Shown here piece after piece: positions 25,044 through 39,446 of a stretch of DNA of 64,000 bases (positions within the stretch are counted from its first letter, which is position 1; each line of letters starts with the position of its first letter). This DNA is from Octopus vulgaris (lineage: Eukaryota). The stretch covers positions 82,274,001 to 82,338,000 of the forward strand of contig OX597816.1 of assembly GCA_951406725.2 (NCBI GenBank). Reading direction: 5' to 3'. Under the pieces are notes generated by a model, which had not been told where the DNA came from, ran no database searches, and worked only from the letters and a program-made list of their open reading frames with translations. Position numbers and translations under genes: made by a program.

Positions 25044-26329
25044 TCATGTCAGAGCTCGGTGACAGTATGGCTTAATAATAAGGTAAGTTCCTTGTCAGAA
25101 TCAGGTTATTGACAAATATTTGAAGCTGCAGCTTTTCTGTTTGATACTGCTGCTTAACCTGGCAGTCAATCCATTGCCAGTTCTGTTGAAGAAATGCCAA
25201 AGTTATATGCTTGGATGGGTAAAGGAGAACAAAATCAATGTCATGCACAAATTATTGTAATTTTAAAAAAAATTTTTGGTGAGCTGAAACTAATTATAGC
25301 ACTAAGACAATAAAAGCTTGTCAAAATGTTTTGTGGGACATGCAAATGAAATTTGTGAATAAATGAAATTTGTGAATAAATGAAATTTATTCACAATGAA
25401 ACTTTATATATGATAACCTATTGAGGTATATCAGTGACCAGATGATGAATGCTAATATCAATGGGTATTTTTTTTCTTCTTTTTACTTGTTTCTAAACCT
25501 GACTGATATATAAGTCTGAAACAACCCCCAGCCCACCCTTGAGAATTTTACAAATACTGGTGCATGAGGTAAGACTAGAGTAACAAAACAGTGCTTTAAC
25601 AGGCCTTCAAAAGTTTAGAAGTAACAGTTGTAATCCAACAACTCCCTAGTGCATAATGCTATTGCAAATATCAACATTGAAATACTAGCCTGAATACTTG
25701 AAGAAAAATGAAAACCAGCTTTTTTGAGCATGCAAGCAGTATATCAATGTTATAGATAGCAGCTACTGTGCCAAAATGCCTGCTTAACCTTTCTATGAGA
25801 TGTGACATTGTCACAAAAACTACAAATAAGTTTATCCACATGAAGTATCACTTGCAATAGAATACATTCATAACATTAGAAATGAGGCATACAACTGGAA
25901 TATTCCAATAAAAATATATATCCAGCACAAACATGACCAAGCATAATATTATTCTCTAAGAAAAAGAATAAAAATCATATAAAAGTCAGTTGATCTGCAG
26001 ATGTGAAGAATGTCCTGTCTGAAGTTATGGAAAGTACCTATAGAAAACTGTGAAATGCAGCTTTGCTGTTATCATTTATACTCATTATCATTGAAGCAGT
26101 GAACCATGTAACAAAGGATTTATGTAGAAAACTGCAAATTCTCTAAAAAAAATATAAAACAATAACTTCCATCACCACTGAGTCATGGATGCTTTCAATG
26201 GATTTCATCCCCATTTTTTCTGTAGATGCCACCAATGCTACAACCAATTTGGGAGGACAAAGATCATGGAACTGCCCACCTCTTCTCTGACTAATCTACA
26301 TACACACATCATTGCTGCTGTCAACATCA

Positions 26330-27600
26330 CCACCATCACTATGTTACACAAGTTTTTCTATGCTTGCATGGGTTGGCACTTCTTTACTTAACTGTTATCT
26401 TCCATACATATGTCCACACCAGCGCAATCATCTGTTTTGCACACCACATCGGGTTCTTTTTATACCCAGTATTGTTTTTTTCCACTCATTTGTGTTCCAC
26501 TGTTTGAAAAGACTAACATTACATACCCACCAGAGTTAAAAGCTTCCTTAACTTTATTCACAGTTTGCTCTTACTCTGGCTACTATGTTTTCAGGGTACC
26601 CACCTTCACTGCCAATTAGGTTATCAAGATAACAGTGAATCATCTGAGCAGTTTAAAGAATTCATTGCACATGTGCTCTTACTGCCAAGTACTCATGAGC
26701 ATTTGTGACACACAAAATCCTTCTTCATCATTAGCCTGCGATAATAGTGCATCTCTTGTGCACCTGCAGTTTACATTAGGTATGCAATATAGAATTCCTA
26801 CCTTCATTTTTTTTTTCTATCAAGCATGGCAAGATTCTGTAATCTTTAGACATTCAGCTTAACTTTTCCTCTCCTAAAGACAGCCTCTCTTGTTTTTTTT
26901 TCCCCTTCAACATTCAGAATTTCTTTTCTAATTTTCCAACAGATTCAGCTGTGAAAATGAAGTCAACATGTAGAAGTATTGAAACTCCTATTATGGCCTG
27001 GAAAACTATAAGAAACAGAATGGGGCTGAAAATCAAACCCTGTACACTAAATTCTTTACTGAACTCAATGCTAACATCCATGATGCTGATAGCATTCCTG
27101 TATAAGGCTTGCACACCTCTCACAAGGTATTAATTTACAACTTATTTTCTTAGAGATTGCCAAATGACAGAGCAAGAGTCCAGTGAAAGTCCTTCTTCAG
27201 GGCAACTAAACTAGGTATAATTATTTTATCACAAAGGTGGCATTGGTGGTGTCCCTGGCACAAACTGAAACTGCATCTTACTCAAGTTATCTCTCTTCCT
27301 AATTAACTATGCTACAAGTCTTTCTGCTACTTTCATATCTTGACCCATTAATTTGACGTATCTGTAGTTCTTTCTATAGCATTTCTTATGCCTTGATGAT
27401 AGTATTGCCACTCAAGTGACTGCAAATGGCATTTCCTTGTACCACCTAATTACTTATGCCAGTGATTAGCTTGAGTCTAAGTTCAACAGATACTTTCAAC
27501 ATTTCAGCAACTATCATTGAAGGTCTAACTGCTTTTCCTGTGTTTATGCCACCGATGGCTTTAGAGCTGTCACCTTCAATGGGTGACATGATAACATGCT
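26330..27600 (-). mobile_element. Decayed RTE LINE
   Basis: ORF 26914..27123 VQALYRNA...FSPILFLIVFQAI; RTE-like tail near 26330-26380. Confidence 0.62.
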
Positions 27601-29929
27601 TGCAATCCATGTTGTGAAATCATTAAAGGAAGACAGTTATAAGGAGTGGGGAATCACAAAATCAATGAAAAACCCTAACTGCATACACGGAACTAATACA
27701 TACTGTATTAGTGCTGTGCATAGTAGTGAGGCAACCAATTATGAACATCCTATCAATAAATGATTGCACCACCAACACTCTTCCTTTCAGATGCAGGAAA
27801 TGAAGATCACATGACCCACCTGTCACTACCGCTACTATATCAAAAACTCATGTCTAGTATAAAAAAAAAATTATAAAAAAACTTCAAGGCAGTCACCATC
27901 AATGTAGGCACAATGAAGGGTAGGTCAGGAGAGATTGTAAAGACGTTTAAGTAGAGGTGAGTAGATGTTTGCTGCATAAAAAGAGGTAGGTAAAATGGGG
28001 GGAGGGGAACCTGGATCAGACTCTTCACAAAGGAAACCAGGTACAAATTTTCTTATGTAAGTACTGAAGTTGAAGGATTAGGTATACCGTTGACAGTGAA
28101 AAACACTAACTAATTGAAGTAGTCAGAATATACAACAGAATAAGTAAACTTGGAATTGTTATATACACTGGCAGCAATAGTAAGCTATGTATATGTCCCT
28201 CTGTCAGGCCTGACAAATGAGCAAAAGTACCATTTCTAAGAAGCCTCCTTGCTGGTGACTTTTACCACTCATGATCAGAGTAAAAGTTAGGCAGACTCAA
28301 AGACACACAAAAATTTGGAGAAGGAAGATATGAAAGCTGAAAGATCCTTCATACATGTGTAGGTGCAAAGAATTAGGTGATACACACAAAATGATGCTAA
28401 TGCAAGTATATCCATACAGATAACCATAATTTTAAAACAACATTTTTGATCAATCATTATTGCAAAGTCTTAATTCCAATTCTAATATATATTTTAATAA
28501 AATGTTAGTAAATTATTACACTAATTTTTTTCATTTCCTGTTCACTATAAGTTCTTATCTTTTGCATTCTTCAAGATTTAGGTGAAGAACATTGAACAAT
28601 CTCTTCATACATATACAAAAAGACTATAAATAACAACTTAGAAAATCAAATCAAAGCACATTTCATTATTTTATAACTTAATATATTTATGTTTAAAAGC
28701 TATAAAGCTATTAAATGTTTTAAAGTCTTTTCACCTTAATATTTATTTTGATCTTTCTCATAAATACTAAGAAGTTATTTAATTAATATTTCATTTTTCC
28801 TTTCATATTTTTCTTTTAATTTATGTAAACAGGATAATGTCTTCCTTTATTTGCAGAAAGGACAAGATAATATATGTATGAACTAAACAAAGAGAAAATC
28901 CAACTAGAGGTTAGTTTTTCCTAGTATATAAAATCACTGAATGGATCAGTGATATAGCAAAGACTGTGAAACATTCTACTAACTTTACAGGAGAGAAGTG
29001 GTGGGGGAACACATAATACTTGTACACTTACATAGGTAAATACTTGTTACAGTCTTGACTCAAACAAGAAATGCTTGTCACTTTGTTAGCAATGAACTTA
29101 GGATTGTATTAAGAATAGCTTAAAATTTGAAGAAAAGAACATATGTGGATGTATACCATGGGCTTCAAATAAGATTTGATTTAAAGCAGAAATGCAAAAG
29201 ACCAAAAACACATGTCAACTGCTCATTAAATATCAAAGATATAAAGTCCACAATTGTAGTTTCAGAATGCAATAATAAAAAATTAAAAAAATCTACTTGA
29301 AAGTTTAGCAGCCAGCATATTTGGCAGTAGTTTTATAAAAAATTACTAACAAGTATGTTTTCAAAATGTTTCGCCCAAGATTTAATAAAGAAACATCAAT
29401 AAAACTATGCTAGATTTATTGATCAATGCACAGGCAATTTATTTAGGCAAATAAAATTCTATATTAGTGCACAAGAAATATAATTATAAAAAAACAAACA
29501 AAAATTACTATGATCAAATGGCCACCTAAGGTTTTAATTAACACAAAAAAGAAAATCAAAACAACTACCAATATATTTACTGTGCTCAATTTAAACAAAA
29601 AAATACTTTGTGCATGTTTGAATATATGCTAAAGTATACAGGCAAAACATTTGTTTTATAGCATTAAATTGCATTTTGCTTGTCCTCTGGGAAGTATTAG
29701 CGACAAAAGGGTAAATACCAGTTCTTATAACTTCCTTTAGAGAATAATCTCTTGGTATAGTCATAGACTTCATGTTATAATTTTTAGAAATGATTTTTGT
29801 TAATATATTTGTTCATAGCCATGTAAATTGATATACCTCAACCACTTTCAGATGAAAAATTTAAAAAGCATTACTATTATTTATTTTTACTATGTAAAGA
29901 AATTTTTATTATGGCTAATAAAGGAGATA

Positions 29930-30750
29930 CTCAAGAGAGAAGAAATTAAGAGCTATCAAATTGCTGGACTAGATCATGAAAGTTATGAAAAGAGGTACAG
30001 CTTGATTGATAAGAGTTATATTAGATGAGATGCGGTTTGGTTTCATGCCAAGGAAAAGTACAATGGATGCACTTCCTGGTGAAGTAACTGCAGAAGTATT
30101 TGGCTAAAACTAAGCTGCATTAATCAATTCTGAAAGATCACATAGCAAGGATCCCTTGCTCTGTGATCTGGTGGTCACTGAAGAAGTTAGGAATATATGA
30201 ATTTGTGTGAGCCATACAGCAATGAATTTAATGTGCTAGTAGGAGTTCTCAATCCCTTCTCATTTATCATAGTCTTCCAGACTGTAACAGGAGTTTAAGC
30301 CTGGTTGCTGATGGCCTTGTTTTTATAGCTGAATCTGTAGTGGAATTTATTAAGTTTCAGGTGTGGAAGCAGAACTTGGAATCAAAGAGCCTTAGAGTTA
30401 ACTTAGCAAAGACTAGAATTTTAGGAAGCGAGAAAACACATAGAACTAAGCTTCTACCAAGAAAATGGCCATGCTCAATATGTAGCAAAAGGAGTACCCA
30501 ATGCAAACTACAGACACAAGGTATCAGAGATAGACCTGCACAAAAAGTAAACTTTGTATGTGACAGATGAGTAGGAGCAGTAAACACTAAGAGTCCACAG
30601 GAAATACACTTTCTCAAATGCCCAGATAAATCCCTGTAGGTAGTAGCTTCTATTACCTAGGTAACCCAATTGACAGTGGAAGAGGATGTTTTGAAAGAAT
30701 AGTTGCTAGAACTTCTAGCAGAGGATAGCCAATAAAAGTATGAGAATAAG
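29930..30750 (+). mobile_element. Decayed RTE LINE RT region
   Basis: FGFMPRKST, WKQNLESKSLRVNLAKT, KWPCSIC remnants. Confidence 0.68.
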
Positions 30751-33700
30751 TAGTGAGGTCAGATATCAACATGTTAAGCCTCACATCAAAGATGACAAGA
30801 GTGGTGACAATAATCATAGACCTGCCCAACAGACTAGACACTTAAAAATGAATTAAATAAGATAAATTAGGGTAGGGATAAATGTGTAAGTAAAATGTTT
30901 ATCATGACAGAGGAAATTGGGGATAAGGCTTTATTTGTTGACTACATAGTAAAAGGCATATGCGTTTCATTAAACATGTTATTTACTTCAAAGAACATTA
31001 AAGTTGCACTTTATAGTGAAAAGCACCTCATTACATTTGGTAGAATCCTCTACCTTTAGCAGCTTTGGCTTTACCTTAATGTCAAGAAATACTTTTGTTC
31101 TGTGAAACTACTGATATTCTATGAGTTTCAAACAGTTCTTATTACTTGTACCACTCTCAGACCTATCAATGCATTTCCTATCATTATAAGCTTGACTAGA
31201 TTCAGAAGAAAGATGTTTGGCTAATTGATAAACTTTCCTTAGCTGAAGCTCTTCAAGTTTTGCTTTGTTGAGTGAAGAAGGATCAATTAATTCCAAGATA
31301 AAAATAGGTGAAATAAAAAGATACTGAACAAAAGAATGCAACATTAACTCTCTGAAGTGCAGGACTGATGTGCATGTAGTAGAAAAATTTTAACTTTGCT
31401 TATAATTATTGTATTGTACTCCTGGACAAAGCATGTATCACAGTTTGTCAATTTAAAAATAAGTGTCACTGCAACTTTAAAAGAGCAAATACAATTCAGC
31501 AATACAATCTTTCACTGCAACAATATACAAGGTATCCACAGCTGCAAACTAAGATTATGCTGAAGACAGCTTTGGAAAATATTTACAAAACAGAACCCAT
31601 ACACTTTCCATGTTAAATTTTCAATACTGTTAAGATTGATTTAAAGGCAAATAATGTATTGTTTATATCAGATTCAACAATTTAAAAAGTTCATTGGATG
31701 ATGCAGAGATAAAACAAAAATTGAAATACATATTTAATCAGAATAATACATAAAGCTGGAGATCACTTCCAATTCTTGGTATTAAGTAGATGAGATATCA
31801 ATCTCCTCTTGGATCAAACACTAGTCTATCACAGGTAGTTTTTTTTTCCCTATAATACGATTTGAATTCCAAGCTACAAGCACCAATGAAATACTTTTCA
31901 ATTTCAGTCCTGCTGCTTTTTATATTGCTGAATTACATCAATTGTAGTATAAACTGAAAGATCCTGGGCTTTCGGAAGTAAGTTCTTGAGCTATAGATAG
32001 AATGCAGTGCTGGTAACAGGACAAGAACAATCAACTCTTTAGTTTTCAGGTACCTTACAAATATGTTCATCACGTTTCTTGTTGAATGACATCATGAAAA
32101 AATTTACTTGAAGAATATTTATTAGGCCTTTTGTGAATAATCCATATCCTCAAAGAAATACAATTTTAATTATACATTTCCATTTCGCTTGCACATGTAA
32201 AGGTTGCCATATAATCAAATTTATTGTTTATTAAAGTATATTCTGAAGAGGTAAAAATGGTAGCATGGTTAACAAGATGCCTTGAAACCTATTAACATCA
32301 CTTTATTTCAGGAGTCTGAATCCCATATGTGCTGACTTTTACCACTCTGGTCTGATAAATACCAATTATGAACAAAGAAATACATTAAAACTTAGAATTC
32401 AAATTTGGTTGGATCTAGAAACTCTTCATTATTATTTTTTCTCTTTTGCTATCAACAAATTTCAGCAGCATGCAATAACTACAAGAATCTTCAAACAAGT
32501 TATTGTGTAATGCATGTATAATGATTGGGGTATCAAGTGATATCAATAACTTGCTTTGTAAGAAAGAGATCCCAACCTTAATGACAATGAAATTCTTGCC
32601 ACTTAAACATGTGTCAACATGAAAAATGGATTATTTATCTTATTTAACAATTATTCCTTCTTCGTTATCTCAGTCTGCACTGCATATGGCTATAAACCTT
32701 AGCATTAGTAAGCTATTGCCTAATGGCTTGGAGAATGATTGTATCATACAATATAGCTATAAGATTTGAAGTTATTTAATTGACTGACTTTTAATACAAA
32801 TACATATTAAGTGAAAGAAAATCTGGAAAGTGAAAGTACTCTGAACCAGTTGTAGGTTCAGAGAAATTTTAGTTGCCACATATGACAAAATAGGGGAGGA
32901 GGTGACAGAGACTTCTATATGATTAAAATCAAAATTCTGGCTGTCTGTCTGGGACTCCAGTATCTCATTCTACATTTGCTCTACATAGACATATACTTTT
33001 TATAAATCAAGATGATCCTGAGATTGAAAATCTGCCCTTCGTTTGGTTCTTGAATATTCAGCATTGGGATCTGATTTAAAAGCATCTGGGTTGCTATTTC
33101 TAGCAGGTAAAGCTTGGCTGATTCATGCTATATTGATTGGTATTTGTCAGACAACATCAGAGATCAGGGTGGGAGATAAATAACATTCCTGTCATTAATT
33201 TTATGTTGAGATAAGAACCTTGGAACAGATTAGCTGACAGTTGGGATTCAACTTGAGACTGGAACAATAAAATGACTGCATTACAGAATTAATTCTCATC
33301 CGTCCTTAAACTCTGATCAAATACCACCGGGGCGTATAATCATTATAGACATATTATAGTCATGCTATTTACCTCTCTTTAGTTTGGGGCTGAAGGCCAA
33401 ATTATCCCTCTGTAGGAGCTAGCTTGAAAGTCCACATGGAGTGCAGCTTTTAAGCTAGTATAATATAAAGAAGAGTCTCTATGAAACAACTTGTTGGGGG
33501 GTACAGACCAAATCTGTGGCTGATGCATGGTTCCAAATAGACAAAATGTAATATGGTAAAGGAATAATATTATAGAGCCATATAAGCTAAAAGAGTATCA
33601 TAAAAAGATGGAAGAAATGGAGCAGCTGATAAAAATGTTAGGTTTACTTAGCAAGAGGGGAACAGAAAGTGAAAAGTGTGCATTATTATTGGCAATATGA

Positions 33701-34702
33701 TTATCAGAGACAGAAGGTGTTTCATATTGCAAAGCAGAGTACTAGAGAGAACTGAGGTGTTGTTAGAGAGAAGTGTGCATGGATTGAGAGTGGTACACTT
33801 ACATGTATCAACATTGAAAAGAGGCATGAAAGTGCTAATATGTGTTATGTAGCATACACTGTAAATTGGCTGGTGTTAATAAGGGCATCTTGCCATAGAA
33901 ACCATCCCAATAAAATGGAATGTATGAGTAGTGAGATGTGGTCTCCATATCATCTAAGAGCAGTAATTCCAAATAAGAACTGACTAGAACAGTAACAATT
34001 CATCCTACTCATATGAGTATGGAAAGTGGAGAGAAAATGTTTATAATGATATAGAGATTGTACTAAATAGTAGACAAATATCTTATCAGTATTATGAAAT
34101 ACAATAAAAATCTACTGCAATTTTTTCTAAATTTAACATTTAATGATTATTCTCCATAAATTAACATTTCTTGTATAAGTTCAATATTATGTGGGCCATG
34201 AACACAGCAAACAGGTGAAGCTAGAAAAAAAATAATAAAACATGCAGGCTCTGCTGGATGCATAATGTTAGTATACATGAACAAATGAACTAAATGAGCT
34301 GAAAGAAAAACAGTACAAGAAGAATTAGTTGCAAGAGACTGCACTAGCACAGACATATAATACATATGGTGGATGAGAGATTAATAAAGAAGTGCCAAAT
34401 GGTCCAAGTGGAAGGAACATGTAGTAGTGACAAACTAAGGAAGAAAGGGGAAAAAGTACTGAAGGTTAATCTCAAGATGACAGAAGGGCACAACGGGTGG
34501 AGAAATGCTGTACCAGAAGACCCATTTAACTAATACAAAGATGGAAAAATGGATATGAAATGATGCTGATGATAGTAATGGGGGTGGTGGAATGAAACAC
34601 ACATTAAATGATACTTTAATCTATCAATAAATGTTTTGGTCCCATGATAATCTCAGTTGACCGTTATACAAGGGAGCATCAACTAATTATAAAGTTACTT
34701 AC

Positions 34703-34762
34703 CTGCCTAATATCTCTAACAATTCTCCAACTCCATTAAATTGTTCTGTTTCATAGATAAAC
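34703..34762 (-). CDS. PPP2R5E: PP2A B56 subunit internal exon, 60 nt
   Basis: g-TTT ATC TAT...GGC-ag = (R)FIYETEQFNGVGELLEILG(S). Acceptor tgtttcag, donor gtaagt. Phases fit both neighbours. Confidence 0.95.
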
Positions 34763-35377
34763 CTGAAACACATAAATTACAAGGTGATAAATAAAATATA
34801 ATTCAATAAATATTCAAACATTTAAGCAACTCTTTTTTTACTTAAAAAAAGTTAGCCAAAATAGAAATAAATTATTGATTTCAAATTTAACAATTAACTT
34901 AGTGATTAACATTAGTATTTGAACATCTGGGTTCAGAACCCAGCGGAGAGTTAAATGATAGATTTGATTTAAGAAGTGAACAGAACAATAAATAATTCAT
35001 GAAATATTTTCTGTATCATTTTCTCTAGCATCTTGCAAATGATTGATCAGATAAAAAGAAGAAAAAAGAAAACCAAACTAATAAGACAAATTATTAATTC
35101 AGAAATTATGAAGATAGATTTTTACTATCCAAGAAGTTATTAGCTGCTTACAATGCTGTCATATAAATCAACTTTTATTGTAAATATTATCCATTTAATT
35201 AGAGCACAATCTTAAAGAAATTCAAAATCAAAGACTTGAAAGTAAACTGCAATGATAGAGGTTTAAAAAATTCTAAGAAAACTATTTTCCTTTTAGAAAA
35301 TAAAGTGGAAGTCTAACATATTAGAGGTGAGTTGACAAACTTTGATCAATTGAAATTATCTAAGAAAAATTTCCTCC

Positions 35378-35597
35378 AGAGATGAGGAATTATGTACATT
35401 ATTTACATTTGATGGATATTTGTCCTCATCTTGTTTGTTGTTAACATGTTTCAGCTGATATACTCTCCAGCCTTCATTAGGTGTTTAGAGAAATTTCAAA
35501 CCTGGGTTCTCATTCCTAAGGTATTTTTCGATACTGCCGGGAATTGAACTTGGAATCTTGGGGTTAGTAGCCTATGCTCTTAACCACTATGCCATAT
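35378..35597 (-). mobile_element. tRNA-headed SINE-like element with degenerate hammerhead-like motif
   Basis: Minus strand: TGGCATAGTGG (A box), AGTTCAATTCC (B box), then CTAATGA-AGGCTG...CAGCT-GAAAC. Confidence 0.65.
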
Positions 35598-35599
35598 GA

Positions 35600-35720
35600 A
35601 GGCTTGCCAGATCAGACTGGGCCTGGTGCAGCCTTCTGGCTTCCCAGACCCCTGTTGAACCGTCCAACCCATGCTAGCATGGAAAGCGGATATTAAACGA
35701 TGATGATGATAATGATGATG
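35600..35720 (+). mobile_element. RTE 3' end fragment
   Basis: Colinear with 23350-23465. Confidence 0.8.
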
Positions 35721-35787
35721 GAATACCTATGCCACTTGCCAAAGTTAGTGTTAAATGCAAAAAAATTTCATGAACTAATTCAGTTAA

Positions 35788-35991
35788 CTCTTTAGCATTC
35801 AGATTATTCTGTCAAATATAATGCTTGCTTATTCATATTGTTTTGAATTATCTCGTTGCTTTGATATTTTGATGATGTGATTGTCTTCAGAATGATGTTA
35901 TAGGGTGCGTATGAAAAGGTGGGTCTGGTTGGTTTGAACATAAAACAAGTAGAATATTTGGGCCATATATGGCCTGTTTAAATGCTAAGGG
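35788..35991. mobile_element. piggyBac-type MITE
   Basis: TTAA|CTCTTTAGCATT ... AATGCTAAGGG|TTAA: imperfect TIRs with TTAA on both sides. Confidence 0.72.
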
Positions 35992-37454
35992 TTAAGTCAT
36001 TCTGGATTGTAATTTTCTACTTCCACGAACAGGAGAAACAGTCATTCCATAAAGAATTATTGGAAAAGATTCAGATCTCTCAGATTACAACCACAGAACA
36101 ACTGTATGCAGAGTCAAAGTGAGACAAAGTCACGCCCAGAGGCAAACAATAGTTAGAATATTTCAGTATCAGTATTACTTCAAGATAAAATGTTAACCAC
36201 TTATTTTCTTATTAATTACCTACAAGAAACCTTGTAAAATGTTTTTGAAACTTTAGCATGAATAACAACTATCTACTTCATGTTTTCCAGGTGAATAAGA
36301 AAACAACAGCCAGTGTGTACATACAGCAAACTGGAGTAGTATACAATAATATAAACATGTCTTATGATATTTTCACACATACAATATAAGAACATAAATA
36401 CATATTAAAACACATACATAATCATGTTTACACAATATACTTAACACTAGTTCATTTACAATATTCATGCGCCTTAAATCTAAATGTGACTGTCCTTCAA
36501 AAATAAGGTCAGGTTATGTTTGATAATAACAATGTGATAGTCCAATAACAAAACAAAATTGAAATGTTGAGAATATTAAAAAAAAACATATCTATTTATC
36601 TTTTATATTCCACTTTAAATTATCTAAGGTTGTTGTAACTAGAATGTGTTGTCTAAGGTTGCAAAGTGATGTATAGTTAAAATTCAAATATAACCACATA
36701 CCACAGAAGTGAAAATAGCAACTATAGTTTATGTGGACATGCTAAGATTAGAAAAATAAGATCCTTCATTCAGCGATTGAATAAATAATTGTAGCAGTGA
36801 TCTAAAACTCCAGAGATTCACCAACTTCAAAGAAGAAGTTCAAAGACAAAGCAAAAATTTTATTATTGATTCCAAGATAGACAGTTATCATGCATTTAAA
36901 ATCTTTTCCCATCTATCTTAGGTTAATCGAGTTTGTTGATCAGCATATGATCTGCTATTCATAGGTTGGAAATTGTCAGAGGAATTTAGATGATAATTTT
37001 ATAAATGTAAGATGTCTAAATCATTTTAAAGAAATCTGTCAAAGATACATGAATAATATTTTATGTTATTTATAAATGAAGGCATATCTGTTTAGGACAT
37101 CTCCATATGCCCCAATTAATGCAGCTGTAGGAAATGATAGTCTATGAATGTTAACTGTAATAGATTTGTATCCTATTCAGGAATAGCATCACCTGTCCTT
37201 CATTTAATGATAACAAATCCAGAAATAAGACAGCATCTAATTTCAGCCTTCAACATTTTCAGTTTAAATTCTTCTAAAGTCTGCTTAAGTTTTCATCACT
37301 AAAAATATTATATTGGAATCTATTAAATCAAATATACTCTTTTATATAAGATTCAGATTTTTGTCTAATGGGAAAAAAAAGTATAAATAAAAACAAGATT
37401 ATTTTCTCTTTCCAATCTCATCTAGATTTCTCATTCATCAAAGACCTTTATTTT

Positions 37455-39446
<1,992 letters not shown>

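Noticed and set aside
25343-25400. 17-bp tandem repeat (aaatgaaatttgtgaat) with a short inverted end
   Set aside because: Ordinary local slippage duplication
35534-35597. Possible tRNA gene
   Set aside because: Anticodon and acceptor stems do not pair well and it continues into repeat sequence; this is a SINE head
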